Origin: Gammaproteobacteria bacterium
Lineage (GTDB): Bacteria; Pseudomonadota; Gammaproteobacteria; UBA4575
Length of the DNA stretch: 64,000 nt
Reading direction: 5' to 3'
Assembly: GCA_965207475.1 (NCBI GenBank)
Contig: OZ242278.1
Coordinates: 1,589,935-1,653,934 of the forward strand
Notes under the pieces: model-generated
What the model was told of the DNA's origin: nothing
What the model saw: only the letters and a program-made list of their open reading frames with translations
Database searches by the model: none
Position numbers and translations under genes: made by a program
Shown: positions 1-9,967 of the stretch, piece after piece
Layout of the letters: the number at the start of each line of letters is the position of its first letter
How positions within the stretch are numbered: position 1 is the stretch's first letter

Positions 1-438
1 TTCAGGAAGTTCAGGGTAGACTACTCGGTGATTCCGTGGTGTACCTTCACGGAACCGGAGCTGGCGCGGGTGGGTCTGAATGAGCAGGAGGCAAGGGATC
101 AGGGTATCGAATACGAGGTCACCCGGTATGACCTGTCCGAGCTGGACCGCGCCGTCACCGACGAGGAAGCGCATGGAATGGTCAAGGTGCTGACCGTGCC
201 TGGCAAGGACAGGATCCTTGGTGCGGCCATCGCGGGTGAACACGCCGGAGACCTGATCACGGAATACGTTTCAGCCATGAAACACAAGCTGGGCCTGAAC
301 AAGATCCTGGGCACCATTCATATCTATCCGACCCTCGCGGAAGCCAACAAGTCTGCCGCGGGCGTGTGGAAACGCGCACATGCCCCGGAGAGGATACTGA
401 ACTGGCTAAAGAGGTATCATGCGTTTGAGAGACGATAA
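1..438 (+). CDS. FAD-dependent pyridine nucleotide-disulfide oxidoreductase, C-terminal part (5' end of the gene lies outside the window)
   Basis: The ORF is open from base 1 in frame 1. It shows the dimerisation-domain-like signature of class-I disulfide reductases (lipoamide dehydrogenase / mercuric reductase type) and a short C-terminal extension. Confidence 0.6.
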   Translation, partial: FRKFRVDYSVIPWCTFTEPELARVGLNEQEARDQGIEYEVTRYDLSELDRAVTDEEAHGMVKVLTVPGKDRILGAAIAGEHAGDLITEYVSAMKHKLGLNKILGTIHIYPTLAEANKSAAGVWKRAHAPERILNWLKRYHAFERR

Positions 439-459
439 ACGAGAGCCTGATCATCGGCG

Positions 460-1431
460 GTGCAGTGCATGTACGATACTTTTCACCTGTTGAAACCTTC
501 TGATTTTCCGGAAATTTCCCGTGAGAAAGTGGACACCCTGCAGGTTAACCTGGGTTACCGGTGCAACCAGTCCTGTGTGCACTGCCATGTCAATGCAGGA
601 CCCACCCGCAAGGAAGTGATGTCATCGGAAACCCTGGACACCGTTATGGACTACCTGCATGCCCGGCCCATCCAGACGCTGGATATTACCGGTGGCGCAC
701 CTGAACTGCATCCGCAGTTCAAAACCCTGGTAAGCAGGGCTTGTGGCCTGGTGCGGCGCGTCATTGACCGTTGCAACCTCACCATCCTGGTAGAGCCCGG
801 CCAGGAACGCCTGGCCGGGTTTCTGGCCAGGCACAATGTGCAAATCGTGGCCTCGCTTCCCTGTTATCTTGAGCAGAATGTTGATCGCCAGCGCGGCAAG
901 GGCGTGTTTGAGAAAAGCGTACGTGCTCTGCGCTTGCTGAATTCCCTGGGGTACGGAAAGGGCAATCCTGATCTGACCCTGATGCTTGTCTACAACCCAC
1001 AGGGTCCTGACCTTCCCCCGCCACAGGCTGGCCTGGAGGATGAATACCGGGAATACCTGGACAGGTACGATGTGAGCTTTGATGGCCTGTTCACCATCAC
1101 GAACATGCCGATCAAGCGATTCGGCAGCACCCTCGTCAGCCAGGGGAAATTCTCCACGTACATGTCCTTGTTGCGGGGTGCCCACGAAGTGAAAAACCTG
1201 CAGTCCGTGATGTGTCGCACCCTGATCAGTGTCGACTGGCAGGGCTATGTATACGACTGTGATTTCAACCAGATGCTGGGCATGCCTCTGCGATACCATG
1301 ATCGTGTGCGCACTCACCTGTCAGAACTGGTTGACATTGACCTGCGGAACAGCAAAATTGCGGTTGCCGATCACTGTTACGGCTGTACCGCGGGCCAGGG
1401 AAGTAGCTGTGGCGGCTCGCTGAGCCGGTGA
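460..1431 (+). CDS. Radical SAM / Cys-rich domain protein (ArsS-like family)
   Basis: A CNQSCVHC (Cx3Cx2C) radical-SAM motif lies near the N-terminus and a C-terminal Cys cluster reads CYGCTAGQGSSCGG, giving the TIGR04167-like architecture. The start may be GTG at 460 or ATG at 469. Confidence 0.7.
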   Translation: MQCMYDTFHLLKPSDFPEISREKVDTLQVNLGYRCNQSCVHCHVNAGPTRKEVMSSETLDTVMDYLHARPIQTLDITGGAPELHPQFKTLVSRACGLVRRVIDRCNLTILVEPGQERLAGFLARHNVQIVASLPCYLEQNVDRQRGKGVFEKSVRALRLLNSLGYGKGNPDLTLMLVYNPQGPDLPPPQAGLEDEYREYLDRYDVSFDGLFTITNMPIKRFGSTLVSQGKFSTYMSLLRGAHEVKNLQSVMCRTLISVDWQGYVYDCDFNQMLGMPLRYHDRVRTHLSELVDIDLRNSKIAVADHCYGCTAGQGSSCGGSLSR

Positions 1432-1463
1432 TCCCCCGTTTAACTGCCTGGCATGAACCGTTC

Positions 1464-2525
1464 ATGAAATACCTTCCGGCGCATATTTTCCTGGTCATGG
1501 TCGCCCTGGCCTGCGTCGCCCATGCACAGCAACAGGAACAGCCTCCTTCGGTGTTTGTGGTGACGGAGCAGGCGGTGAAGAAGTTCGTATCGCCTACCGT
1601 CCTGTACAGTGCGACGGTCATCAGCCGCAACGATGCCAACCTGGCCGGGGAAATTTCAGGACACCTGACATGGGTTGCGGAAGTGGGTGACCGCTTTCGC
1701 AAGGGTGCACTGGTGGCCAAGCTGGATGATGTATTCATCAGGCAGGAAGTGATCGAGGAACAGTCCACCATCCAGAGTGAGCAGGCCAGGTACGAGTTCT
1801 ATACCAAAACCCTGGAACGTTTCAGAAAGCTGCTGCCGGACGACAATATTTCACGCAGTCAGGTTGACCAGGCGAGCACGGACCAGTCGGTTGCCCGAAG
1901 CAATATCCATTCAGCCAGGGCACGCCTTGCCCAGGCCGAGGAGCGTCTGAAGCGGACCAATATCCTGGCGCCCTTCGACGGGGTGGTGTCGGAGCGGTTC
2001 CTGCAGGCCGGCGAGTGGGCGGACATGGGTGACACGGTCGTACGCCTGGTGAGCCTGGACGATCTCGAGATCCAGACGCACGTCCCGGCCAGCACCCTGC
2101 AGTTCGTGACAGAAGGCACGCCTCTGAACTACACGGACCGCGACTCGTCCGGTACCGGCAAGGTCCGGATTTTCGTGCCGGTCGGCGGGGACGTGTCGCG
2201 GTTGTACGAGTTGCGGATCGCGGTATCGGACCCCTCGCTCGAGGCCGGCAACCTGTTGCGTGTGGCCATCCCCACGGCGCATCCCCAGGAAACGGTACTG
2301 GTGCCGCGTGACGCGCTGGTCCTGCGCCGGGAGGGCGTCCATGTTTTCCGGGTCAATGAGGCATCCGTTGCCGAGAAAATTCCCGTGCAGACCGGGGTTG
2401 CCGAGTCCGGTTACATCGAAGTCCTGGGGGATATTCGGGAACATGACCGGGTCGTGGTCCGCGGCGGGGAATACCTGGCACATGGCATGCCGGTCAGCGA
2501 GCAGCCGTCGACTGCGAGTCCATGA
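1464..2525 (+). CDS. Efflux RND transporter periplasmic adaptor subunit (HlyD/membrane-fusion family)
   Basis: A signal-peptide-like N-terminus (MKYLPAHIFLVMVALACVAHA) is followed by MFP-type coiled-coil and beta-barrel regions. Its stop overlaps the downstream RND permease. Confidence 0.8.
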   Translation: MKYLPAHIFLVMVALACVAHAQQQEQPPSVFVVTEQAVKKFVSPTVLYSATVISRNDANLAGEISGHLTWVAEVGDRFRKGALVAKLDDVFIRQEVIEEQSTIQSEQARYEFYTKTLERFRKLLPDDNISRSQVDQASTDQSVARSNIHSARARLAQAEERLKRTNILAPFDGVVSERFLQAGEWADMGDTVVRLVSLDDLEIQTHVPASTLQFVTEGTPLNYTDRDSSGTGKVRIFVPVGGDVSRLYELRIAVSDPSLEAGNLLRVAIPTAHPQETVLVPRDALVLRREGVHVFRVNEASVAEKIPVQTGVAESGYIEVLGDIREHDRVVVRGGEYLAHGMPVSEQPSTASP

Positions 2526-5500
2526 ACCTGATCAAGGCTGCACTGGGCAACCCCACTGCGACCCTGGTCGGTTGCCTTCTGGTCATCCTGTTTGGTTCCG
2601 TGACGTTGACCCGGCTTCCTGTGCAGCTCACTCCTGCGGTGGAACAGCCTGAAATCGTGATTACGACCAATTGGCGTGCCGCGGCCCCGCAGGAGATCGA
2701 GTCCGAGATTATTGAACCCCAGGAAAAGCAGCTGAGAGGCCTGCAGGGCATGACGGAACTGCTTTCCGAGGCCAGCAGCGGAAACGGCAAGATCACGATC
2801 ACCTTCGAAGTGGGCTACGACCTGAATCGGGCACTGATCGAAGTGATCAACCGGCTGAACCGCGTACCGAGCTATCCTGAAGATTCGGACGAACCCATAC
2901 TGAGCACGGCCGGGGGCAGGGGCCGCCCGATCGCCTGGTTCATCATCAAGACCGATGAAGGCAATACGAGACCGATCGAGACCTACCGGGATTTTGTCGA
3001 GGAAGTGGTGCAGACCCGTTTCGAACGGGTTCCCGGTGTAGCCCTTTCAGAAGTTCTGGGTGGAAATGAATACGAGGTACGGATCACGATCGACCCGTAC
3101 AAGGCCGCGGGCCTGGGAGTTGACCTGCCCAGAGCCGCTGCGATGGTTGGCGGCATTGAGGACGTGTCCGGAGGTTTTGCCAATGTGGGGAAGCGGCGTT
3201 ACACGCTCCGCTTCACCGGCGCGCTCAATGCGCAACAATTCAGGGAGCTTATCCTCGAGTGGCGGGATGGCAAACCGGTCACCTTGCGGGATATTGCCCA
3301 GATCGAATTTCGAACGGTCGACCGCGAAACCTTCGTGACAACCAAGGGTAGCCTTTCCATCGCGGCAAACGCCCACCGGGAAGCGGGAGTCAACGTGCTC
3401 GAAACCATGGCGGACCTTCGTGCTGCAACAAGGGAAATCCAGGAAGGCCCTTTCAAGCGCGCAGGCCTCAATCTGGAGCAGGTCTATGATGAAACCGTAT
3501 ACATCAACAGTGCCATCGAGCTGCTCCGGAACAGCCTGGGCCTGGGCATACTGCTGGCAGTGGTCGTTCTCTGGTTTTTTCTCAGGAAGTTCCGCACTAC
3601 GCTGATCGTCACACTGACCGTACCCCTGTGCCTGTTTGTAACGCTGGTCGTGATGAACCTCACTGGGCGTACCCTGAACGTCATTTCGCTGGCGGGGATG
3701 GCTTTTGCCGTGGGGATGGTGATGGACGCTGCTATCATAGCGCTGGAGAACATCGTGCGCATGCGCGAGCAGGGCATGTCGCCCAGGGAAGCCGCACTCG
3801 AGGGTACCCTGCAGGTTTGGCCGGCCCTGTTTGCTTCGGCCGTGACTACGGTTGCGATTTTTCTGCCCATCATCTTCCTGAAGGATCAAAGTGGCCAGCT
3901 GTTCTCGGACCTCGCGATCGTGATTTCTGCGGCAACAGCCACCTCGCTGCTGGTGGCAAGTACGGTTGTTCCGGTTTCCGCCTACAAGTTCACAATGCGT
4001 ATGAACCTGAGGCAGCGGGCCCGTTCCTGGCAGGATTACGCCAGTTCATTCATCATGATGATTACCGGAACGGCCGCATTGCGCTGGGTGTGGATTTTCG
4101 GCCTGATCGGTACCGCGGCAACCGTCACCTACTTCGCGTTTCCGAAAACGGATTACCTGCCAACGGGCAACCGCAATCTGGTGTTCGGCATCGTAATCCC
4201 GCCTCCGGGGGTCAATGTTGACCACATCGAGCAGGAAATGGGCAAGGTCATTGCAACACGCCTGCAACCGTACCTGGATGGTGTCCAGTCACCGAAGATC
4301 AAGCACTACTTTTTTGTGGCACGTTCCGGATCCATCTTCCTGGGTGCCCGGGCGCAAAATTCCGGGAAGGAGGAAATCGACCGCCTGCTGGAAGTCGTGC
4401 AAGGCACCATATCGGGTTTCCCGGACAGCTTTGCAGTGGTGCGCAGGGCGTCCCTGTTCAGTGGCGTTGGCGGGCGCACGGAGGTCGACATCAATGTCCA
4501 GGGGAGCAACATAGAGAGCCTGTTGCGCGCGGCGCGTGTCGGCTTTTTCGAAATTCCCAAGGTCTTCGATGGGGTCCGGGCCCGCCCGCGTCCCGGATTG
4601 CAACTGGCTGAGCCGGAACTGCAGATGGAACCGAAAGAGGACCGGCTGGCAGAAGTCGGCTGGAATCGTGGCACCATGGGTATCCTGACCCGGTTTCTCG
4701 GACAGGGTCTTTTCGTGAATGAATATTTCACAGGCGATGAAAAGCTTGACGTGATTGCGAGGGCGGAACCCTGGTCGACCCCGGAAGAACTGGCCGCGAT
4801 CCCCTTGTACACTCCGAAGGGCGGGGTGCTGCCCGTGAGCGAACTGGTCGATATCAGGCGTACTGCCGGGCCGGACCAGATACGCCGCCTGGACCGGCGT
4901 CGCACCGTCACGCTGGAGTTACGCCCGCCGCCCGGGATGCCACTGGAGGTGGTCATTGACAAGATCCAGCGGGAAATCGTGCCGCTGATGGAACGCGAGC
5001 TTCCGGAGGATGGAGAGATTCGGCTCAGCGGTTCAGCGGACAACCTGAAGCAGGCCATTAAAAGTTTCGCCAGCAGCTTTATCCTTGCCGTGATCATCCT
5101 GTATCTCCTGATCAGTGCCCTGTTCCGCTCGTTCCTGGACAGTATCCTGGTCGTGCTGGTCTTGCCTCTCGCCACGGTGGGAGGGGTGTTGATGCTGCGT
5201 GTGCTTGGCTTGCCTGCGGACCTGCTGACCATGCTCGGCTTTATTGTCCTGCTGGGCCTGGTCGTGAACAATGCCATCTTGCTGGTGCACCAGGCTCGCG
5301 GCGGTGAACGCAGGGGCATGTCCCGGCACGACGCCGTCCAGGAGTCGGTGCGGGTGCGGCTGCGCCCCATCTTGATGAGCACCCTTACCAGCATTTTCGG
5401 AATTTTGCCTTTGTTGCTGATCCCGGGTCCGGGCTCGGAACTGTACAGGGGATTTGCCGGCGTGATCGTTGGCGGCATGTCCGTGAGCACGGTTTTTACG

Positions 5501-5575
5501 CTTATCCTGCTGCCGAGTTTTCTGCAGCTGGGCCGGGCGCGGCCACTTCCTTCCGGTGAAATGACGCATAGCTGA
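2522..5575 (+). CDS. Efflux RND transporter permease (AcrB/HAE family)
   Basis: The 1017-aa protein has 12-TM RND topology with two large periplasmic loops and is translationally coupled to the adaptor. Confidence 0.9.
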   Translation: MNLIKAALGNPTATLVGCLLVILFGSVTLTRLPVQLTPAVEQPEIVITTNWRAAAPQEIESEIIEPQEKQLRGLQGMTELLSEASSGNGKITITFEVGYDLNRALIEVINRLNRVPSYPEDSDEPILSTAGGRGRPIAWFIIKTDEGNTRPIETYRDFVEEVVQTRFERVPGVALSEVLGGNEYEVRITIDPYKAAGLGVDLPRAAAMVGGIEDVSGGFANVGKRRYTLRFTGALNAQQFRELILEWRDGKPVTLRDIAQIEFRTVDRETFVTTKGSLSIAANAHREAGVNVLETMADLRAATREIQEGPFKRAGLNLEQVYDETVYINSAIELLRNSLGLGILLAVVVLWFFLRKFRTTLIVTLTVPLCLFVTLVVMNLTGRTLNVISLAGMAFAVGMVMDAAIIALENIVRMREQGMSPREAALEGTLQVWPALFASAVTTVAIFLPIIFLKDQSGQLFSDLAIVISAATATSLLVASTVVPVSAYKFTMRMNLRQRARSWQDYASSFIMMITGTAALRWVWIFGLIGTAATVTYFAFPKTDYLPTGNRNLVFGIVIPPPGVNVDHIEQEMGKVIATRLQPYLDGVQSPKIKHYFFVARSGSIFLGARAQNSGKEEIDRLLEVVQGTISGFPDSFAVVRRASLFSGVGGRTEVDINVQGSNIESLLRAARVGFFEIPKVFDGVRARPRPGLQLAEPELQMEPKEDRLAEVGWNRGTMGILTRFLGQGLFVNEYFTGDEKLDVIARAEPWSTPEELAAIPLYTPKGGVLPVSELVDIRRTAGPDQIRRLDRRRTVTLELRPPPGMPLEVVIDKIQREIVPLMERELPEDGEIRLSGSADNLKQAIKSFASSFILAVIILYLLISALFRSFLDSILVVLVLPLATVGGVLMLRVLGLPADLLTMLGFIVLLGLVVNNAILLVHQARGGERRGMSRHDAVQESVRVRLRPILMSTLTSIFGILPLLLIPGPGSELYRGFAGVIVGGMSVSTVFTLILLPSFLQLGRARPLPSGEMTHS

Positions 5576-5607
5576 GGCAACCGCAGCGATTCCGGCAGCG
5601 CCGGGCC

Positions 5608-6642
5608 CTACTTGGCTGTCAGCTTGATCTCTATTCTCCTGTTCCTGGAATAGGCTTCGTGGGAATCCGAGGCGTCCAGGGGATGGTACTCACCGAAACC
5701 GGTCGCCGCCAGGCGTTCTGCCGGAACCCCCTGCTCGATCATGTACCGGACGATGGCCAGGGCTCGCGCAGTGGACAGCTCCCAGTTGGAAGGGAACTCG
5801 GGCGTGTTGATCTTTCTCGAGTCGGTATGCCCGTCGATGCGGATGACCCAGTCGATGTCATCCGGGATCTCGGAGGCCACCTCTGTGATGATCCGTGCGA
5901 GCGATCTCACCTGTCGCCTCCCGCGCTCACCCAGCGTGGCGGAGGCAGTGTCGAACAGGAGTTCCGACTGCAGGATGAACCGGTCTCCAACGATCTGGAT
6001 ATTGGGATTGTTTCCCAGCACGTCGCGCAAGCGCCCGAAAAAGTTGGAACGGTAGTATGCCAGCTTCTGTACCATCTGGAGGAGGGACCGGTTCAGCTCT
6101 CTGGAGAACTGCTCCAGGTTCTCATCGTCAGGATCCATCTCCAGTCCCAGCAACTGCGAAATGGCACTGAGATGTTCGCGCAGCATTTTCACCTGCCGGT
6201 TGATCAACTGGATCTGTGCGACCGACTTGGCCGAGAGTTCCTGTTCCTCTTCGAGTGCTTCCTGGCTGGTCCGGAGCTCTGCAGAAAGACTCTGGATTTC
6301 CTTTTCCAGTTGCTGGCGCAGCTCGGCCAGCAACTCGACGTCCGTCTGCAGGCCCGCAATGTTTTCAGATTTGCCCAGGAGCTGTTCGGCGAGCTTTTCC
6401 ACGCGTTGCTGCATATCCGTACTGGTTGCCCTTTCCGTGGCCAGCAGTGCAGACAGTTCAGCAGTCACACGGTCGAGCTCCGTTATTCTCTTTTCCTTGC
6501 CGGTCAGCGTGATGCTGAGCAGAAACTGTCCGATGGTGAATATCAGCAGCAGGAATACGATGACCAGGAGCAGGGCAGACAGTGCATCGACAAAACCTGG
6601 CCAGATGTTGACATTCCGCCGGGATGAACTGGAGAGTTGCAC
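5608..6642 (-). CDS. MotB/OmpA-family protein: single N-terminal TM, long coiled coil, C-terminal OmpA-like peptidoglycan-binding domain
   Basis: An N-terminal TM helix is followed by about 150 aa of heptad-like coiled coil and a C-terminal OmpA_C-like domain (NRRIEIKL). It is translationally coupled to the upstream MotA-like gene. Confidence 0.75.
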   Translation of the reverse strand: MQLSSSSRRNVNIWPGFVDALSALLLVIVFLLLIFTIGQFLLSITLTGKEKRITELDRVTAELSALLATERATSTDMQQRVEKLAEQLLGKSENIAGLQTDVELLAELRQQLEKEIQSLSAELRTSQEALEEEQELSAKSVAQIQLINRQVKMLREHLSAISQLLGLEMDPDDENLEQFSRELNRSLLQMVQKLAYYRSNFFGRLRDVLGNNPNIQIVGDRFILQSELLFDTASATLGERGRRQVRSLARIITEVASEIPDDIDWVIRIDGHTDSRKINTPEFPSNWELSTARALAIVRYMIEQGVPAERLAATGFGEYHPLDASDSHEAYSRNRRIEIKLTAK

Positions 6643-6644
6643 GT

Positions 6645-7625
6645 CTATTCGGGTGGTTTGCGGTGTGCCAGCGAAGCACTGATCGTGCGCGCCAGGATAC
6701 GCAGCTCCTTGCGCAGTTCGTCTGACAGGGGCTGCTGGTCACGTTTCAGGTACTCGCCGAGTTCTGCCAGCTGACGCGTGAGTTCGAGCAGGTTCGAGTC
6801 CAGCCTGGAGCGTTCATTGACCTGCTCACCCAGTGCACGTTCCAGGCTTTCAATGCCGTCAGCGGTTTTCTCCAGCAAGGCCTGTACATACTCCGGCACG
6901 ATGACGTCTTCGCCATCGGTCAGGGCGCCCGAGGAGAGACGGGTGACGCTTGACAGCCATTCCTCGAGCTCGTTGAAGAACCTTCTTTGTGCATGGCCGG
7001 TCTGCAGGTCAGTAAAGCCCAGGATCAACGAGCCGGCCAGACCGAAGAAGGACGAGCTGAACGCCACACCCATGCCGGCCAGGGGTTGTTGCAGTCCCCG
7101 CTTCAGGTTTTCGAACAGTAACAGGCTGTTCTCGCCATCGGATGACATGTTCTTGATCACGTCGCCCGCGGAATTGATCGTGCTCAGTAGCCCCCAGAAA
7201 GTTCCCAGGAGCCCCAGGAATATCAGCAGGCCGATCAGGTACCGTGATATGTCGCGTGACTCATCCAAGCGGCTGGTGATGCTGTCCAGTAGAGAACGCA
7301 TGGACAGGGTGGACAGCGTGAAACGGTCCCCGGTTTTCCGGGAGAGCATTCGCTCCATGGGCGCAAGCAGGGTCGTGGATTTTACGGATGCGCCATTTTT
7401 GTCCGGGTTGCGAAACTGGTCGATCCATTCGATTTCCCTGACAAGTTTCATCACCTGCAGGGCGTTATAGGCGAGGCCCGCAAGCAGCACCAGCAGGATC
7501 AGGGAGTTGAACCAGGGGTTGGTCCAGAAGGCAAAGAGGATCGAATCATGGGCCGCAAGTGCCGCCAGCGCTGCACTCAGCACGAATATGATCATCCACG
7601 TCAGTACAAGGTACGGCTTTGTCAT
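6645..7625 (-). CDS. MotA/TolQ/ExbB proton-channel family protein with C-terminal coiled-coil tail
   Basis: The protein has a 3-4 TM MotA/ExbB core plus a cytoplasmic C-terminal coiled coil of about 90 aa. It is not in a flagellar or Tol-Pal context. Confidence 0.75.
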   Translation of the reverse strand: MTKPYLVLTWMIIFVLSAALAALAAHDSILFAFWTNPWFNSLILLVLLAGLAYNALQVMKLVREIEWIDQFRNPDKNGASVKSTTLLAPMERMLSRKTGDRFTLSTLSMRSLLDSITSRLDESRDISRYLIGLLIFLGLLGTFWGLLSTINSAGDVIKNMSSDGENSLLLFENLKRGLQQPLAGMGVAFSSSFFGLAGSLILGFTDLQTGHAQRRFFNELEEWLSSVTRLSSGALTDGEDVIVPEYVQALLEKTADGIESLERALGEQVNERSRLDSNLLELTRQLAELGEYLKRDQQPLSDELRKELRILARTISASLAHRKPPE

Positions 7626-7730
7626 GACTGGCTCTGGAAATCAGTGGATCAGGTGCGCAATACTAGCATGCCAAGCCAGTCTCAACCTATACGTCGGCCA
7701 CTAAGGGTGTTTCCGGCACCTGGCCCTGGA

Positions 7731-8540
7731 CTAGCCGTGATTCCCGCGTTGCTGCCGGACCAGGTCGTAGGCCTTGCGTATCTCCTGGGTTTTTTCCGTG
7801 GCGATCTCGATCATTTCTTCCGGCAAGCCCTTGGAGATCAGTTTGTCCGGGTGGTGCTGGCTCATCAGCCTGCGGTAGGCCTTCTTGATTTCTGCATCAC
7901 CGGTCTCGGGGTCTACCCCCAAAACCCTGTACGCGTTGCGGATGTCGGCAGCCGAGCTCTGCGAGGTTGTTCCACGGTAACGGGAATGCTCCCGTGCACC
8001 GTATGTGATGGACTCCAGCTGCACAAGCCACGCGACCGGGTAGCCCAGCTTGTTGCAGATATGGTGCAGGATGCGTTCTTCAGCAGGGTCCTTGACACCG
8101 TCCGCGTAGGCGGCCTGAAGCTGGATCTCGATGAACATCTGGATCAGTGTGGTCTTGCGGTGGCATTCCCTGCGAAACTGCTCGAGCACTTCATCCAGCA
8201 TGAAGTCGGGCTGCTTGCCAAGGTTGAACAGTTCCACGGCAGCGCGTTGCTGATCCTTGTTCAGGCGCATCCGGGCAACGATTTCCTGGGCAAGCTGGAT
8301 TTCATCCTCGGATACCTGTCCGTCAGCCTTGGCAATATGGCCCATCACAGAAAAGGTTGCGGTGAAAAAGGCAGCCTGGGTACGTTCCCGGGCTCCCACA
8401 TTGAGTGAACCCAGTTGCCCGATGTCTTTCTCGGTGGATTTGTCAAGCTGGTGACCGAGCATGATGCCTATCATGGCTCCAAGGGGTCCTCCCAGGACGA
8501 ACCCCAGACCCCCTCCGGCCAGTTTTCCCCACCAACTCAT
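7731..8540 (-). CDS. djlA: Co-chaperone DjlA
   Basis: An N-terminal TM is followed by a TerB-like domain and a C-terminal J domain with an HPD motif (MSQHHPDKL). Confidence 0.8.
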   Translation of the reverse strand: MSWWGKLAGGGLGFVLGGPLGAMIGIMLGHQLDKSTEKDIGQLGSLNVGARERTQAAFFTATFSVMGHIAKADGQVSEDEIQLAQEIVARMRLNKDQQRAAVELFNLGKQPDFMLDEVLEQFRRECHRKTTLIQMFIEIQLQAAYADGVKDPAEERILHHICNKLGYPVAWLVQLESITYGAREHSRYRGTTSQSSAADIRNAYRVLGVDPETGDAEIKKAYRRLMSQHHPDKLISKGLPEEMIEIATEKTQEIRKAYDLVRQQRGNHG

Positions 8541-8578
8541 CGTTTACGGCTCGCTGTACCCGCCTGTTGTCCCGGTGT

Positions 8579-9886
8579 TCATCGATTCGCGCAGGTCCTG
8601 AACCCGGCAAAGACATCGTTCCGGTCGGCTCCGTAGTAGTTCCGCCAGGTACTGCGCAGCATGCGTCCGCGGGTGGTCCAGGCGCCTCCGCGCAGGACTT
8701 TTGTCTGGTTGAACAAGGGCCGGGAATACTCCACGTACCAGTCAGGCGAAAATCCCGGGTAAGGAAGGAAAGTGGTGCCTGTCCACTCCCAGACATTGCC
8801 GTACATCTGCCGGCATCCTGACGCGCTGTCGCCCCCGGGGCAGTCGTGTACAGGTACGGTGCCAAGGGTGGAACTGTCCAGGTTGGCGCTTTGCCCGACC
8901 GGATGGTCCGTCCAAGTGAACGGAATTTTCCGCGGGTCTTTGCCGGCCTGGCGGTCCGGTTCGCAGGTCGCTGCAAATTCCCACTCCGCTTCTGTGGGCA
9001 GGCGGCGGTTCGCCCATCGGCAGTAGGCCTCGGCCTCATACCAGCTGACATGAATCACGGGGTGCGACAGTGCCAGCGGATGCCACTGGTCGAACTGCCT
9101 GGCATACCAGGTGTGATCGGAGTCCCTGTTCCAGAACACCGGGCATTCAAGTCCCTGGCGGCAACGCCATTGCCATCCTTCCCTGCACCAGTATTTCTCG
9201 GTCCGGTAGCCTGCCGCCTCCACGAACTCCGCGTACTCCTGGTTGCTGACGGCAAACTTCGCAATCCTGAACGGCGCGAGCATGACCCGGTGTGCCCATT
9301 TTTCATTGTCGAATACGAATTCACCATCCCGTTCTGCACCCAGCAGGAACGGGCCGCCTGCCATCTCGATGTCTTCATTTGCCGGGGGGCCGGCGGGTTC
9401 CGCAGGAGTCCTGTCCTGCAGGAAGCGGGGAACCGGGTAAGCCAGTGTCTGGCGTGTGTACGTCAGGGCCTCACCATGCATGTCTTCGTGGAAAATGGCC
9501 AGCAGGTAGAAGTATTTGGCGGCATCTTCCAGTTCAATCTGTTCCAGCTGCACGAGTTCAGCCGATAACACGTCCTGCATGTACTGGAGGATACCCTCCA
9601 TGCCGGGCAGCGGCAGATCCCAGCGCAGGTCGTGCTGAATCGAGATGGAATCGAACAGTTCGTCCGAGCCCGGGAGAATTTCCTTTCGACTGCCAAGATG
9701 GCGAAGCACCCACAGCTCATGGAAATAGGCGGTGTGGGCGATTTCCCAGCACAAAGGATTGGTGGTAGGCAAACGCGGCCCCATCAGCTGCTGTTCGTCG
9801 AGGTCTTCCACCAGCGCCAGTGTCCGGGAGCGTGCATCCTGCAAGGCGTCCGCCAGGGATTTCCCTGTGGCCAGTGCGTAATTCAT
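8579..9886 (-). CDS. EgtB-like sulfoxide/selenoxide synthase (DinB_2 + FGE-sulfatase domains); candidate selenoneine synthase SenA-like
   Basis: The N-terminus aligns with the mycobacterial EgtB N-terminus (KSLADALQDARSRTLALV) and the C-terminal domain is FGE-like. An alternative TTG start lies at 9922. The gene is divergent from a family-1 glycosyltransferase and sits near a SelD fusion. Confidence 0.7.
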   Translation of the reverse strand: MNYALATGKSLADALQDARSRTLALVEDLDEQQLMGPRLPTTNPLCWEIAHTAYFHELWVLRHLGSRKEILPGSDELFDSISIQHDLRWDLPLPGMEGILQYMQDVLSAELVQLEQIELEDAAKYFYLLAIFHEDMHGEALTYTRQTLAYPVPRFLQDRTPAEPAGPPANEDIEMAGGPFLLGAERDGEFVFDNEKWAHRVMLAPFRIAKFAVSNQEYAEFVEAAGYRTEKYWCREGWQWRCRQGLECPVFWNRDSDHTWYARQFDQWHPLALSHPVIHVSWYEAEAYCRWANRRLPTEAEWEFAATCEPDRQAGKDPRKIPFTWTDHPVGQSANLDSSTLGTVPVHDCPGGDSASGCRQMYGNVWEWTGTTFLPYPGFSPDWYVEYSRPLFNQTKVLRGGAWTTRGRMLRSTWRNYYGADRNDVFAGFRTCANR

Positions 9887-9967
9887 GAGCGGTGCATGTC
9901 GTTTTGTCTCCAAGTAGGGCAATATACCCTGTTATCCGTACTGTGACCTAATACCATTTTGCGATTC

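Noticed and set aside
5608-7625. Calling the MotAB-like pair a Zorya (ZorAB) defence system
   Set aside because: The MotA homolog is only 326 aa, whereas ZorA carries a tail of several hundred residues, and no ZorC/ZorD/ZorE-like gene is adjacent. Only the generic MotAB-like call is supportable.
7548-8408. 286-aa ORF on the + strand
   Set aside because: It is entirely antisense to djlA, which has clear TerB and J-domain signatures, and it has no motifs. It is a typical high-GC shadow ORF. The same applies to the many other 60-300-aa antisense ORFs in the track (for example 622..1317, 3047..3889, 4306..5580, 10232..11053, 19963..20952, 22002..22901, 24426..25358, 26182..28251, 29284..30120, 57209..58039).
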